A stretch of 64,000 bases of DNA from Octopus sinensis (GCF_006345805.1 NC_043001.1:18600001-18664000), one strand, 5' to 3'; positions 23,839-37,746 are shown, counted from the stretch's first letter. Notes: generated from the letters alone by a model not told the origin. Made by a program: numbers and translations.

Positions 23839-24393
23839 CATTGTTCGACCATGAGCGAGACAATGGAATTTACTACGTTACGCCAGACCTCACGGTCCAT
23901 CATAGCATTACGGAGGTCCTGTTGCTGGATGCCTGTATCACTGGAGATTACATCAGGGTAGGAGAGTGTGCGCCCAGAGGAGAAGAGTAGAAATTACCTC
24001 GTTTTTAGCTCTACAACAATGTCCAGCAAACTGGACTCTCCTACCTTTCACAAGAGATGATACAGGTGGTAATTTCTCATATATTTGTACTTTGGTTGGA
24101 TGACGCTTCCACGAGAGATTTTGAGCTCTCATAAGGAGGCGAGTGTAAATTCCATCCAACCGCCTCTCAAGCTTCTTTGATAACGTCCAGGTTTCTGAGC
24201 CATATAGTAGAATTGGTTTGAATGTGGCTTTGAAGATTTTAAGTTTGAAATCTCTACTTAGATTTGATGACCAGATCTTATGCATATCATTACAGGCTGA
24301 CCATGCCATACCCTTTCTAGTTAGAAAATCTTTTTCAGATGATGATATGTATGACCCAAGATATTTGTAATCAGAAACCATATTTAACGACAT
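23839..24393 (-). mobile_element. 5'-truncated RTE-clade LINE
   Basis: YKYLGSYI..LLYGSETWTL..FAGHCCR, then DREVWRNVV near the 3' end. Short (ATG)n tail. Perfect 15-bp TSD aaattctcatatcat (23824-23838 and 24394-24408). Confidence 0.9.
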
Positions 24394-24977
24394 AAATTCT
24401 CATATCATGTATCTACGATGCAACAGTTAAGCATTAGAAAATCTTCAGAAGTACAACTGTTTTCCAAATGAGTTATGAAACATGACAAACATTTCCTCCG
24501 GTACATTGTTCACTGATTTACTGGGTCAGCAAACAAGCTACAACCAAAAACAGAGCAGTCTCCACCAGTTCATTGATCCATCAATCTGAGATGTCACGTA
24601 CAAAATTACGGGAGACCTGGATATGAGGCATAGAATATTCTAGTTTGAAATGTATGTATGTGTTATAAACCCAAACTCGAATATCAAAGTTTTAAAAGGT
24701 TTTAATCGACTAAAAATACAGCAATATACTATACAATGCAAAGATTGCTAAATTGTAAGCAAAACCAAACTTCAACGCAATAACATTTTTTATGCAGCGA
24801 ATTGCTACATTCTCGACTAACTAAATCCAATGCTGAACACGTCGAGCCGCAAACAGAACAGAACTCTGCGCAGTCGCACTGCAGGCATATAACAGCAATC
24901 GAGACAATCAAAATCACGTGATCAAAACTAAAATCACAACAGTATGCATGTATGTAAGTACGTATGCATGCATATAT

Positions 24978-25043
<66 letters not shown>

Positions 25044-25059
25044 TGTACGCACGAATAGG

Positions 25060-25290
25060 CGGTGAGCTGGCAGAAACGTTAGCACGCCAGGCGAAATGCT
25101 TAGCAGTATTTTGTCTGCCGTTTCGTTCTGAGTTCAAATTCCGCCGAGGTCGACTTTGCCTTTCATCCTTTCGGGTTCGATAAATTGAGTACCAGTTACG
25201 CACTGGGGTCGATGTAATCGACTTAATCCCTTTGTCTGTCCTTGTTTGTCCTCTCTATGTTTAGCCCCTTGTGGTTAGTAAAGAAATATA
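25060..25290 (+). mobile_element. SINE-A monomer
   Basis: Full head to tail; TSD-like atatgtacgca on both sides. Confidence 0.9.
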
Positions 25291-26205
25291 TATGTACGCA
25301 TCAATGCATGTATGTAATGTATGTATGTATACACACACATATATGCATGAATGTATGTATATATGTATGTATTGTCAGATAAATTCCTTCGTTTTTTAAA
25401 ATCTATTTTGATCCTTATATTTTATTCACCATTTTAATAAATCAGTCAATAATATATTTCTCTTTCAAGAATAAATAATATATTTATGAAACTTCAATAA
25501 ATTTACCTTCTTCTTGGTCTTACTAATCACACCCCCTCTTTCCTTCCAACCCTCTCTCTCTCTCCACACATATACACACACACACACACACCCTCCATAC
25601 AGCTTTTAGTTACGGATTTTCCAATTTCACTCCCAATATATTGATAAATACTTCCTCAACAAGCCGTGCAGTGGGATCGAACCGGAACCGCCTGTTTGCA
25701 AAGCGAACCTCTTGGACACACACACACCTATATCTAACTGCACCTATACATTTATTGATCGATCAATATAACTGGTTACGATCACTGAACCCTCCTCCCA
25801 CCACCACTACCACTACCACCACAAAAAACAACAACAACATCGATTCGTGCTTAACGCTATTTCACGTATGTATTTGAAATAAAAATCGATAGAGTGTGGC
25901 TGATTTTCAGCAGTGACCAAAATACAAGATATATATAAAAAAATTACCAATTTTTCCATATGAAGCTAAATACTTTTTCCCTGTTATTTGCAATGTGGTA
26001 TTGACTGAGTGACACTGGTGATATTATTAAAAAATACTTTAGAATTAACTGTCACTGATGTTACATAATTTAGCCGCTGTCTTGGCTTTATGCATTTAAC
26101 ACGAATCCAGTCACAACCACAAAGCCAAAGTGGATGCTGTCACATGATATTCGTAAACAGAAAAGGAATTGATTTATTTTTGCTTTTTGTATTGAAATTA
26201 CTTAC

Positions 26206-26373
26206 ATTGGCGAACGCTTTGCTCACTTGTGGCACCAGCTTTTGTCCTCCTGTTATCGATCGAGTAGCATTAATCCTGTACCATGCAGACGTGTGAGTTT
26301 GGTTCTGCGCAACAGTTGCTGCTGCTAGTTTAGCAGCCTCATCGGGAGACAGGTTTTTGTTTCTGCCGAGTTC
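26206..26373 (-). CDS. NCX: Internal coding exon of a sodium/calcium exchanger (SLC8/NCX family); paralog not determinable
   Basis: Minus strand: acceptor ttttttatctccag, 168 nt open in frame 0, donor gtaagt. Translation ELGRNKNLSPDEAAKLAAATVAQNQTHTSAWYRINATRSITGGQKLVPQVSKAFAN. The WYRINATR..TGG motif matches the NCX intracellular-loop motif FYRIQATR.M.G.G upstream of Calx-beta domain 1. No other exon of the gene was confidently found in the window. Confidence 0.85.
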
Positions 26374-26959
26374 CTGGAGATAAAAAAAATAATAAATTAA
26401 ATAGACAGTAATTCACAGAATTTGGAGCAGAGAAAACAACGTTAAAATAAAAAAGTAGTTTGAAATATTGATCTAAAGAAGTAAAAATATGGATTTGACA
26501 TACATACAAGGGATCTTTCAGGAATATTGACATTGCTTAGCTTGGCTTAACTCTTTGCCTATCCGAAGTTATTCAGTTGAAAAATATTGGAAATGCGTAT
26601 CGTATATGAAATAATGAATGCATCACATATGATGCACGTATAATATATGGTGCATATAGGCCAGAGGGACGTTCTGCGTATCAGTTGTGATACACAGGAG
26701 ATATATTTCCTTGGTATCCATGCATCATATATGATTCATGTTCTCATTTCTTTTCTCAACCTCTAGAGTAATTTGGGACTTATGAAGGAAAGTTTTATAT
26801 TATGCAGGATGTATGAAAGAAGGGTTAATTAAAAGCCTGAGAAAAAGCATAGATGTTTCGGAAACGAACGTTTGAACAGGCAAAGCGTTAATTTAAAATG
26901 ATTTGTTACCAGTCAACTTGGAATATAAAGCTTTTCAAGTGTTTTGGCATGTGTATATG

Positions 26960-27921
26960 TTTCTATATTACTCACAAGGAGCTAAACATAGAGGGGACAA
27001 ATAAGGAAAGACAAAGGAATTAAGTCGATTATATCGACGCCAGTGCGGAACTGGTACTTAATTTATAGACCCCGAAAGGATGAAAGGCAAAGTCGACCTC
27101 GGCGGAATTTGAACTCAGAACGTAACGGCAGACGAAATACTTATTTCTTTACTACCCACAAGGGGCTAAACACAGAGGGGACAAACAAGGACAGACAAAC
27201 GGATTAAGTCGATTATATCGACCCCAGTGCGGAACTGGTACTTAATTTATCGACCCCGAAGGATGAAAGGTAAAATCGACCTCGGCGGAATTTGAACTCA
27301 GAACGTAACGGCAGACGAAATACTTATTTCTTTACTACCCACAAGGGGCTAAACACAGAGGGGACAAACAGGACAGACAAACGGATTAAGTCGATTATAT
27401 CGACCCCAGTGCGGAACTGGTACTTAATTTATCGACCCCGAAAGGATGAAAGGCAAAGTCGACCTCGGCGGAATTTGAACTCAGAACGTAACGGCAGACG
27501 AAATACTTATTTCTTTACTACCCACAAGGGGCTAAACACAGAGGGGACAAACAAGGACAGACAAACGGATTAAGTCGATTATATCGACCCCAGTGCGGAA
27601 CTGGTACTTAATTTATCGACCCCGAAAGGATGAAAGGCAAAGTCGACCTCGGCGGAATTTGAACTCAGAACGTAACGGCAGACGAAATACTTATTTCTTT
27701 ACTACCCACAAGGGGCTAAACACAGAGGGGACAAACAAGGACAGACAAACGGATTAAGTCGATTACATCGACCCCAGTGCGTAACTGGTACTTAATTTAT
27801 CGATCCCGAAAGGATGAAAGGCAAAGTCGATCTCGGTGGAATTTGAACTCGGAACGTAACGGCAGACGAACTACGGCTACGCATTTCGCCTGGCGTGCTA
27901 ACGGTTCTGCCAGCTCGCCGT
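26960..27921 (-). mobile_element. SINE-A pentamer
   Basis: Five ~184-bp units, with a single head at the 27.9-kb end. Confidence 0.9.
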
Positions 27922-28247
27922 CTTCATGTGTTTTAGCCTGTATATAGACCACATAAAACCCAAGCCAACAGATTATTAACTACCAACTTTCTTTCGATTC
28001 AAGAAGTTTTATCTTTATTACAATCCACCATAGCACTGAAAACTAAATACAATTTACCATTTGTAGAAAGGATAATCAGAACAAAGATCTATTTTGCTGA
28101 TATGAAGACACCTATAAAACTATCGTTTCTTGCAAAAGTAGGAGGAGGACAAATCTAGTACGATTTACTTGCAGTGTTATATTTTAGATGTGCTTAAATT
28201 TTCTCATACATATATATAAGATATTACAGAACTACTTGGTGTTTCTC

Positions 28248-28469
28248 TATTTCTTTACTACCCACAAGGGGCTAAACACAGAGGGAACAAACAAGGACAG
28301 ACAAAGGGATTAAGTCGATTATATCGACCCCAGTGCGTTACTGGTACTTATTTAATCGACCCCGAAAGGATGAAAGGCAAAGTCGACCTTGGCGGAATTT
28401 GAACTCAGAACGTAACGGCAGACGAAATACGGCTACGCATTTCGCCCGACGTGCTAACGTTTCTGCCAG
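28248..28469 (-). mobile_element. SINE-A monomer
   Basis: Perfect 16-bp TSD ctacttggtgtttctc (28232-28247 and 28470-28485). Confidence 0.9.
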
Positions 28470-28913
28470 CTACTTGGTGTTTCTCACTACTTCAACACCA
28501 GAACTGTTATACCTATGTTTCGCAGAGGATGTTTAACAAGGCGGAAACATGTTCGGTGTTGTCTCCCTTGTGGCCGAAATATCAGCTACTGGGTTAATGT
28601 TTTCCTTCAATGTCTATGTATTTCTAATTGAATGTGTGACGTTCATTCACTGTACTCAATATTTTGCGCCAACTTAACTGAAGTCACTGAGCCATAACTT
28701 CAGAAGCTTATTTTTTTTATATAAACAAAAATATCTCAGTATGTTTTGTTAACCTTGCTTTACGTGATACAAATCATGGCATGTATTCTGGTTGTAAACT
28801 GGTTGTTATGCAAATATGCATAAAAATATGCATACTTGCATATTTTATGTTACATATTGATTTCTTTAGACGAGCGGCTCCTAAGGGAATAAGAGGCGAT
28901 ATATGGTGGGTAC

Positions 28914-29172
28914 GGCAGCGAACTGGCAGACACGTTAGCGCGCCGGGCGAAATGCTTAGCGGTATTTCGTCCTCTCTGTGTTTAGCCCCTTGTGGGTAGT
29001 AAAGAAATAGGTATTTCGTCTGTCGTTACGTTCTGAGTTCAAATTCCGCCGAGGTCGACTTTGCCTTTCATCCTTTCGGGGTCGATAAATAAAGTAATGT
29101 AATCGACTTAATCCCATTGTCTGTCCTTGTTTGCCCCCTCTATGTTTAGTCCCTTGTGGGCAGTAAAGAAAT
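28914..29172 (+). mobile_element. Rearranged SINE-A dimer
   Basis: Head, truncated unit, junction aaagaaataggtattt, then a second unit. Confidence 0.8.
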
Positions 29173-30094
29173 ATATATATGGTGGGTAGGCATGGGCATG
29201 GCTCTGTGGTTAAGAAGCTCGCTTCGCAACAATCTGGTTTTGGGTTCAGTCCCACTGCGCAGCATCTTGAACAAGTGTCTTCTATAACCATGGGGCAACC
29301 AATGCTTTGTTGTTAAATTTGCTTGACGAAACCGTAACGAAATGCCCATATATAGTTCTTTTACTCTTTTACTTGTTTCAGTCATTTGACTGTGGCCATG
29401 CTGGAGCACCGACTTTAGTCGAGCAAATCGACCCAGGACTTATTCTTTGTAAGTCTAGTACTTATTCTATCGGTCTCTTTTGCCGAACCGCTAAAGTAGA
29501 AGACACTTGCCCAAGGTGCCACGCAGTCGACTTTGCTCTCATTCTTTCAGGAGTCGATAAAATGAATATCATTTGAACACAGGGGCCGATGTAATCGACT
29601 AGCCCCTCCTCACCACCTTCACTAAAGTTTCAAGCCTTGTGCCTATAATAGAAATAAAGAATTATGCCGCTGTCCAAAGAACTTGTATCATTTTAAATCT
29701 GTGGTTAATGTTTAAAGCTGAATGGTTTGCGATAGAAAATGTGAAAAGTTGTAGAAAATGTTTAAATGTCTGAGATAAGTTGCTGATATTAAGATTATAG
29801 TTTTTCAGATAATTAATCTTATCTTTAGAAATAAAAAAAAGTCAAAAATATCAGCAAAGCACAAAACAAACAAATATTTCCAATACATAAGGTTTCAATC
29901 GCTTTAATTTGAATTCTGTCTAGATATCCAAGAATAAGATACGCCGACGAATTTTAATCAAACTGATGGAAACGTAGTGCAGATATAAATATCTTTCAAT
30001 CAGTTTTCATCTCTAAAGACGAGTTTGATACTACAAAGAACTATATTTTTATTGTGTGTGTTTGAACGTACGAAAGTTATCCAGTATCTTTTAT

Positions 30095-30990
30095 CCTTTT
30101 ATTTGTATTTTTCAGGTATTAGATCGTGGCCATTCTGGGTCACCGCCTCCAAGGGTGTAGTCGAACAAATTGAGTCCAGTGTTTATTTTAAAGTCTGGTA
30201 TTTATTCTATCAATATTTTTGGCGAACTGCTACGTTACGGGGACGTAAGCAAATTTACACCTGTTGTCAAGCGGTGTGGAGATAAGCACACACATACACA
30301 CACACACACACGACGGGCTTCCAACATTACTACTCGTATTTCATCCATCTACACCCTGTCATATATAACACTCAAGTATATTTTCTGTCTACCAAATTTC
30401 ATTCACAAAACTTTGGTCTTCGATGACCTGAGACTATAACAGAAGAAACTTGGGATCTTTTCGGTTTGAACGGCAGTTTTTTCTAGCGGTGTCATATGAA
30501 ATTGTCCCCCATAATTATGACCCTAGAATCGATCTATTGCATTTCAATTTCTTTGAGGGTTAGGGTTAGTTAGGGCTAGTTAGGGTTAGTTAGGGTTAGG
30601 GTTAGGGGTGGGAGAAGGGTATCGTTTCTTCTTCACAAATGTAAATAAACCCAATCTGTTTCTTAAACGAGGGACATATTCATACGGCACAGAATGTTTT
30701 CACCTCAATGGACGTCATCGATTGGTTGAAATTGCAGAAATTGAAGAAAAAAACCCCAAAAATATCTTACAAACTATAGAATTTTCTCAATAAAGCCAAG
30801 AGAAAAAGATGTTTTATAAACACATTCTACCAGTATACGAAGTTTAACGATTTTTAGTTACCTAGAAATTATGTTAAAAACTGCCGTTCAAACCAAAAAG
30901 ATCCGAAACTTGTCCAAGAGGCCACACAATAAAATAGAACCCAAAACCATTTTGCGAAGTAAACATCTCAACCATAAAAACAGTTCATTC
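30095..30990 (-). mobile_element. Old SINE-B split by MITE copy 2
   Basis: Colinear SINE-B sequence on both sides of 30453-30904. Confidence 0.75.
30453..30904. mobile_element. MITE, Merlin-type, copy 2, inserted inside a SINE-B
   Basis: Same TIRs as copy 1. Perfect 8-bp TSD gaaacttg (30445-30452 and 30905-30912). The SINE-B sequence resumes after the TSD. Internal TTAGGG-like tract at 30557-30608. Confidence 0.85.
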
Positions 30991-31007
30991 CACAACTCAT
31001 ATTCAGA

Positions 31008-31400
31008 CAGGAGTGGCTGTGTGGTAAGTAGCTTGCTTACCAACCACATGATTCTGGGTTCATTCCCACTGCGTGGCATCTTGGGCAAGTGTCTTCTGCT
31101 ATAGCCCCGGCCCGACCGATGCATTGTGAGTGGATTTGGTAGACGGAAACTGAAAGAAGCCTGTCGTATATATGTATGTGTGTGTGTGTTTGTGTGTCTG
31201 TGTTTGTCCCCCTAGCATTGCTTGACAACCGATGTGTTTACGTCCCCGTCACTTAGCGGTTCGGCAAATGGGACCGATAGAATAAGTACTGGGCTTACAA
31301 AGAATAAGTCCTGGGGCCGATTTGCTCGACTAAAGGCGGTGCTCCAGCATGGCCGCAGTCAAATGACTGAAACAAGTAAAAGAGTAAAAAGAAAGAGTAA
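31008..31400 (+). mobile_element. SINE-B
   Basis: Full structure. Confidence 0.9.
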
Positions 31401-31754
31401 GACATTAAGAACTACCTATGATGAAAAGTCACGAAACCAGTGTTTTACAACCATTTGTTTTTTCCATAAACTCCTTTGATCCCCATTTTATTTGGATGGT
31501 TCTTCATAACAATTCGATGTTTAAAAAAATCCTCTTGTGTTTTTATTAGTAAATGTTATTAGGAATTGTATAAAAAAAAGCTATAAAATACTTTGTGTAT
31601 TGTAGAAGTAAAACTAAGTTAATGGCCGTAAATTTTATCAGCAAAATCTTCCATAGACATGTAAAGGTTATATGGGCCCCTGTTGAAAACCGCTACTATA
31701 AACCAACAACGAATGGATATTGCGTCGTCCTCGGCGATAAATGTTCCGAGTGTA

Positions 31755-32142
31755 AGGCGGCGAGCTGGCAAAATGCGCGCCGGGCAAAATGCTTAGCAGT
31801 GTTTCGTCTCTTTACGTTCTGAGTTCAAATTCCGCAGAGGTCGACTTTGCCTTTCATCCTTTCGGGGTCGATAAATTAAGTACCAGTTACGCACTGGGAT
31901 CGATATAATCGACTTAATCCGTTTGTCTGTCCTTGTTTGTCCCCTCTATGTTTAGCCCCTTGTGGGTAGTAAAGAAATAGGTATTTCGTCTGCCGTTACG
32001 TTCTGAGTTCAAATTTCGCCAAGGTCGACTTTGCCTTTCATCCCTTCGGGGTCGATAAATTATGTACCAGTTGCGTACTGGAGTCGATCTAATCGACGAG
32101 CCCCCTCCCCAAAATTTCGGGCCTTATGCTTAGAAAAGAAAA
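31755..32142 (+). mobile_element. SINE-A dimer (young unit in old-tail host)
   Basis: TSD gataaatgttccgagtg on both sides. Confidence 0.85.
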
Positions 32143-32477
32143 GGATAAATGTTCCGAGTGTTCGATAGCGCTGTTGTATAGTGTAATAACACTGTAGTAT
32201 AGTGTAAGTGGTGAAAGAGCGTAGCCAAGTGGTTAAGAGTGGTGCATGCAAGACCGTGACTTCGATTCTCGGCGCGTTGTGTTCTTGAGCAAAACTCTAT
32301 ATTTCAAGTTGCTTCATTCCATTTAACTATAAATTAATAAATTATAAAAGAGCGAGATCGCTATATCGCTTCTGAATAGGACTAGCGTCCCCTTCGAAGA
32401 TGTAATAATATCGGTCACTTAACACGCCATAGGAACCAGATAACTGACCCTATGAGTTCTAGAAATCGACACTCTCT

Positions 32478-32940
32478 CTCTTTTACACTTTTACTAGTTT
32501 CAGTCATTTGACTGTGGCCATGCTGGAGCACCACCTTTAGCCGAGCAAATCGACCCCAGGACTTATTCTTTGTAAGCCTAGTACTTATTCTATCGGTGTC
32601 TTTTGCCGAACCGCTAAGTTACGGGGACGTAAACACACCAGAATTGGTTGTCAAGCGATGTTGGGGGACAATCACAGACACACAAACATATACAAACACG
32701 TACATATATATATATATATATTATATATATATATATATCATATATATATATATATATATTATACATACATATATACGATGTGCTTCTTTCAGTTTCCGCC
32801 TACCAAATCCACTCACAAGGCTTTGGTCGGCCCGAGGCATAGTAGAAGACACTTGGCCAAGGTGCCACGCAGTGGTACTGAACCCGGAACCATGTGGTTC
32901 GTAAGCAAACTACTTAGCACACAGCCACTCCTACGCCTAT
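32478..32940 (-). mobile_element. SINE-B
   Basis: Full structure. Confidence 0.9.
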
Positions 32941-33837
32941 TTTAGTTTTATAATGTAAATAACTGAGAATTTCACAGATACTTGCACTTTTAATGTTTCA
33001 CTCAAGCACATAATCGTGACACTGTGTGTGTTTGTGTGTGTTTGTGTGTGTGTTAAAGCTAATCATTTGAATTACATATTAAGTTCATTTCACTGGCTTC
33101 CATACAGTTTACAAGGTTTAGGTCGACGAGAGACTGCGGTGGTAGAGGAGAATTACCCGAGGATAGAACTCGAAACCTCTTGGCTGCATAACCATAACGA
33201 ACTTCTTTATCATTTAACCAATATACAGGCATGTAGAGAAAGAAGCATAAACAAATAAATAAATAAATAAATAAATAGACAGATAGATAGATCGACGGAT
33301 AGATAGAGAGATACAGCAGTGAAAATGTGCAAAAACATTTAAAAATTCAACATGCAGTTCTTTTCTGTTGTTATTTAAATTCTGTTGTTTCGTAATTAGA
33401 ATCCAGCCTCTTCGTCATGGACATGTAGTGATAACGGATGAACACATTTTGCCCAGAGGACAGAAGCATTAATTACAATGGAATGAGAATACAGTTTTTG
33501 ACGAAATGAATATAAATGAATAAATAAATAAGATATTATTCATAATTATCTGACTAAATGATTCATTTGAATTTGTTCCATGTTATTAAAAATATTTTAA
33601 AAGGGAGGCATATTTTGCTTGAGGCAAACTATATAATTATAATTATATTGAATGTCTTGTCTGAATTCGTGGTATCAGTCAACGAATTTATGTTTATGTA
33701 ATAAGGCGTAAATCAGATATAGTTCTTGTTAGTGCCAATCGCTATCAAACTAGTTATAACTCCTGTAGCTGGGACCTCAATTTCCTTATCTTAAATCGAT
33801 AGAACTTACAAAAAAAGAAAATATATAAACATCATTA

Positions 33838-34010
33838 TAGGCGTAGGAGTGGATATGTGGTAAGTAGCTTGCTTACCGACCGCATGGTTCAGGGTTCAGT
33901 CCCACTACGTGGCACCTTGGGCAAGTGTCTTCTACTGTAGCCTCGGGCCGACCAAAGCCTTGTGAGTGGATTTGGTAGACGGAAACTGAAAGAAGCCCGT
34001 CGTATATATG

Positions 34011-34043
<33 letters not shown>

Positions 34044-34254
34044 TTGTGTGTCTGTGTTTGGCCTCCCAACATCGCTTGACAACTGATGCTGGTGTGTTTA
34101 TGTCCCCGTCACTTAGCGGTTCGGCAAAAGAGACCGATAGAATAAGTACTAGGCTTACAAAGAATAAGTCCTGGGGTCGATTTGCTCGACTAAAGGTGGT
34201 GCTCCAGCATGGCCACAGTCAAATGACTGAAACAAGTAAAAGAGTAAAAGAGTA
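33838..34254 (+). mobile_element. SINE-B
   Basis: Full structure. Confidence 0.9.
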
Positions 34255-35081
34255 TCATTGAAAATGTTGTCTCTGTACATCTTTAATCTGATGTCTATGA
34301 AATTTTCTATCATATTCTTTCTGTAACCGAGGTGAAATCCCAGATTCATCGAAGTGCAAATAAAAATATTCGCAATATTCATTTTAAAATCTCATCAGGG
34401 TTAATCTCAATCACTGGAGTAGATTTAATCGATTAAGTTCTAATACAAAGTGTTTAGATTTTGGGCGACTATGCAAAATATCGTTTCGATTCTCGGTATT
34501 CACCGGGATTGTAACGATTTATTATTTGTTGGCAGATAACAGCACGGATCAGTGAACACTTGTTCTCTAAAATTATAAATAAGGTTACCGGCTCTTCTTA
34601 GGTTCATTGGTCTGGGTGTTTCTGGCAGACGAGACACAACATATCGAAACAGCGGTATCTCAGAATTCCTTGTGCCAATGAATCGAGTGTGCCATGAGCG
34701 CATATTCGTCATAAAGGAGAAACTGCTTTCCTGTGACAAACACAACAGCGATTAGCATATTTGCGTTCGAATCTACCGTAATGCATTCAGAATAAACAAG
34801 TAAGCCGTCTTTAAAATTTATGATTTATTTATATCAGCTATATGAAAATTTTGTTCTATGAAGTAGTTCAATGAGGTGAATTATTTATACGCTCCACCCT
34901 TATAAACAAGAAATGCTTAGTTAAAGATAACTTATTTAATGTAGTGAGTATGTCTCTGAAAGTAAAAAGCATGCAACTATTTCACGCTTACTATATATTT
35001 CGAAAATCTCTCTTCACTACTTCGGCGAGTACTGTGAAGCCTATGTTTAGTTCAGAAGTTCTGAACTGGTGGAGACTGCTC

Positions 35082-35880
35082 GGCGGAATTTGAACTCAGA
35101 ACATAAAGAGAGACGAAATACCTATTTCTTTACTGCCCACAAGGGACTACACACAGAGGGGACAAACAAGGACAGACAAAGGGATTAAGTTGATTACATC
35201 GATCCCAGTGCGTAACTGGTACTTATTTAATCGACCCCGAAGGGATGAAAGGCAAAGTCTACCTCGGCGGAATTTGAACTCAGAACGTAACGACAGACGA
35301 AATACCGCTAAGCAGTTCGCCCGGCATGCTAACGTTTCTGCCAGCTCGCCGCCTAATACAAATGTATTAATATTGATTTCAAATTTTGGCAAAAGGCCAG
35401 CAAACTCAGGGGAGGGCGCAAGTCGATTACATAGACCCCAGCGCTCAACTCATGCTTATTTTCGCGACCGCAAATGGATGAAAGGTAAAGTCGACCTCGG
35501 CGGAATTTGAACTCAGATCGTAAAGACAGACGCAATACCCTTTTCTACTCTAGGCACAGGGTCCGAAATTTTGGGGGAGGTTGCCAGTCGATTAGACTGA
35601 CTCCCAGGACGCAACTGGTACTTAATTTATCGACCCCGAAAGGATGAAAGGCAAAGTCGATCTCGGCGGAATTTGAACTCAGAACGTAACGGCAGACGAA
35701 ATACCTATTTCTATTTCTTTACTACCCACAAAGGGCTAAACACAGAGTGGACAAACAAGGACAGACAAACGGATTAAGTCGATTAGATCGACCCCAATGC
35801 GTAACTGGTACTTATTTAATCGACTCCGAAAGGATGAACGGCAAAGTCGACCTCAGAAAAGTAACGGCAGACGAAATACC
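35082..35880 (-). mobile_element. Cluster of SINE-A copies
   Basis: Several reverse-complement units, with tandem junctions gacgaaatacctatttc. Confidence 0.8.
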
Positions 35881-36342
35881 GGCCTTAGATATATTTCGCT
35901 CGGCCTTAGATATATTAATATTGACTAGGAAAATATATGGAAGTATGTCTATAAGTTAAAAACATATTTTAATTTCCCGCAGAGAAAATATTGAGTTTAT
36001 AAACGAGAACTTTCGTCGAGTCATGCGACTGGCTGTGAATCTATTGGTTTCATCTAATGGTATAGTGCTATTAATAATCATATTGATAGTGAAAGTGATA
36101 GCAACTGAAAATAAATACGTAAAGGGATATAGATATGTTTTTATATCCCGAGCTATTTTATTTAAAACTACTGTTTGGAACGTAATTAATATTGACTTTG
36201 CTGTTATAGAATACTCAAACTTGTGATGGCGTCAGATCTGTATAAAAGAGAAAATGAGATTATGGCACATTCAGTGAATATTCTCACTGCTTCTTTTTTT
36301 TGTCTGGCTGTCAGTGTGTCTGCCTGCCTTTTTTTTTGTCTA

Positions 36343-36344
<2 letters not shown>

Positions 36345-36378
<34 letters not shown>

Positions 36379-36501
36379 TCTATCTATCTATCTATCTATC
36401 TACCCATCCATCTATCTACCTGCCCATCCATCCATCTATCTACCTGCTCATCCATCCATCCATCCATCCATCCATCCACCCACCCACAGACCCACCCACC
36501 C

Positions 36502-36563
<62 letters not shown>
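36345..36563. repeat. (TATG)n-(TATC)n-(CATC)n compound microsatellite
   Basis: Read directly from the sequence. Confidence 0.95.
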
Positions 36564-36565
<2 letters not shown>

Positions 36566-36863
36566 CGGTTTCTCTATATGTACGTCTCCCTGTTGGTCTG
36601 TTGATTATATGGTTAAGAAGTGTGTTTCGCAGTGACGAGGTTTCAAATTCTATCTTCGGGTATGTTTTCTCTATCGTTGCGTCGTGTTGTTCCAAGACTT
36701 GTAAACTGTGGAAAACAGTTGAGTGGAATTTATATATAATTCAAATAGTCAACCTTTTCACATACAGTTTCATGGTGTTCTACGTGAGTATGACACTCAC
36801 AGGGCAAATGTTTGTGGGAATATTCAGTGTTTTACTCTATCTATAATGACATAATAGGTAGTA

Positions 36864-37428
36864 TTGGGTTGTCCGGAAAGTTCGTGCCAATTTATAGTAG
36901 CTTACATTTCGACTTATTTTAGAACATGGTTGAGTCCATAAAATAGAATTTTACTACACCTCCATTTAAAGCACAGTTTAAGCTATTTTTTCGTAGAAGA
37001 AGGTTTATGTTCCTATAACCTGTGTTAATTCTGTAACCCTTTAAAATGGAAGATAAGAAAGTTCCTTTTCGGCACTTGATTCTTTGGGAACCAGACAAAA
37101 ATTGTTGCAGCTCGGTCGGGATGTGTTACTTCACCCTCAATATTCACAGATATTCCCCCTTCGGATTTCCACTTATTCAGGTCTCTGCAGAATAGTCTTA
37201 ATGGTAAACATTTTAATTCCTTGGATGACGTAAAAAGATACCTTAATGAATTCTTTGCCATGAAACCACCTGAATTCTGGGAAGAGGGTATTTTCAAGTT
37301 AAAGGAAAGATGGAGACGCATTATGCAACACAATGGTTCATATTTGGTTGATTAAGAAAGTAATGTCAAGTATTTATTGACCTTTTTCTTTCCTTTAAAA
37401 ATCGGCACGAACTTTCCGGACAACCCAA
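36864..37428 (+). mobile_element. Internally deleted mariner element, copy 2 (same deletion derivative)
   Basis: Same TIRs and TA TSD. Same transposase C-terminus on the plus strand at about 37086-37355, with a 1-bp deletion in the YSPD motif. Confidence 0.92.
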
Positions 37429-37586
37429 TAAAATCATGGAAAACTGCAATTGAAAACAACTAGAGATCTCAAGCCAACAGTTTACTTTCTGGTGCAATAT
37501 TGCCACTCTATCAGTTTTTGTTCAGAACTTCGAAAAGAATAAAGGAAATGATTAAAGTTACTAAACGAAGCCTTAGAAATAAGCAA

Positions 37587-37746
37587 GGTGCAGGAGTGGC
37601 TGCGTGTTAAGTAGTTTGCTTGCGAACCACATGGTTCCGGGTTCAGTCCCACTGCATGGCACCTTGGGCAAGTGTCTTCTACTATAGCTTTGTGAGTGGA
37701 TTTGTTAGAAGGAAACTGAAAGAAGCCCGTCGTATATATGTATATA

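Noticed and set aside
26960-27921. Regular ~184-bp repeats resembling a CRISPR array; also the 42-bp array at 8.2-8.9 kb
   Set aside because: The units are contiguous with no unique spacers, there are no cas genes, and the context is eukaryotic.
30557-30608. TTAGGG repeats suggesting a telomere or fusion site
   Set aside because: Short, degenerate and internal to a TIR/TSD-bounded MITE.
34589-34730. Minus-strand segment with ag/gt ends, open as ESSFSFMTNMRSW..
   Set aside because: No NCX similarity, and its phase does not join the phase-0 NCX exon. Cannot be supported without RNA data.
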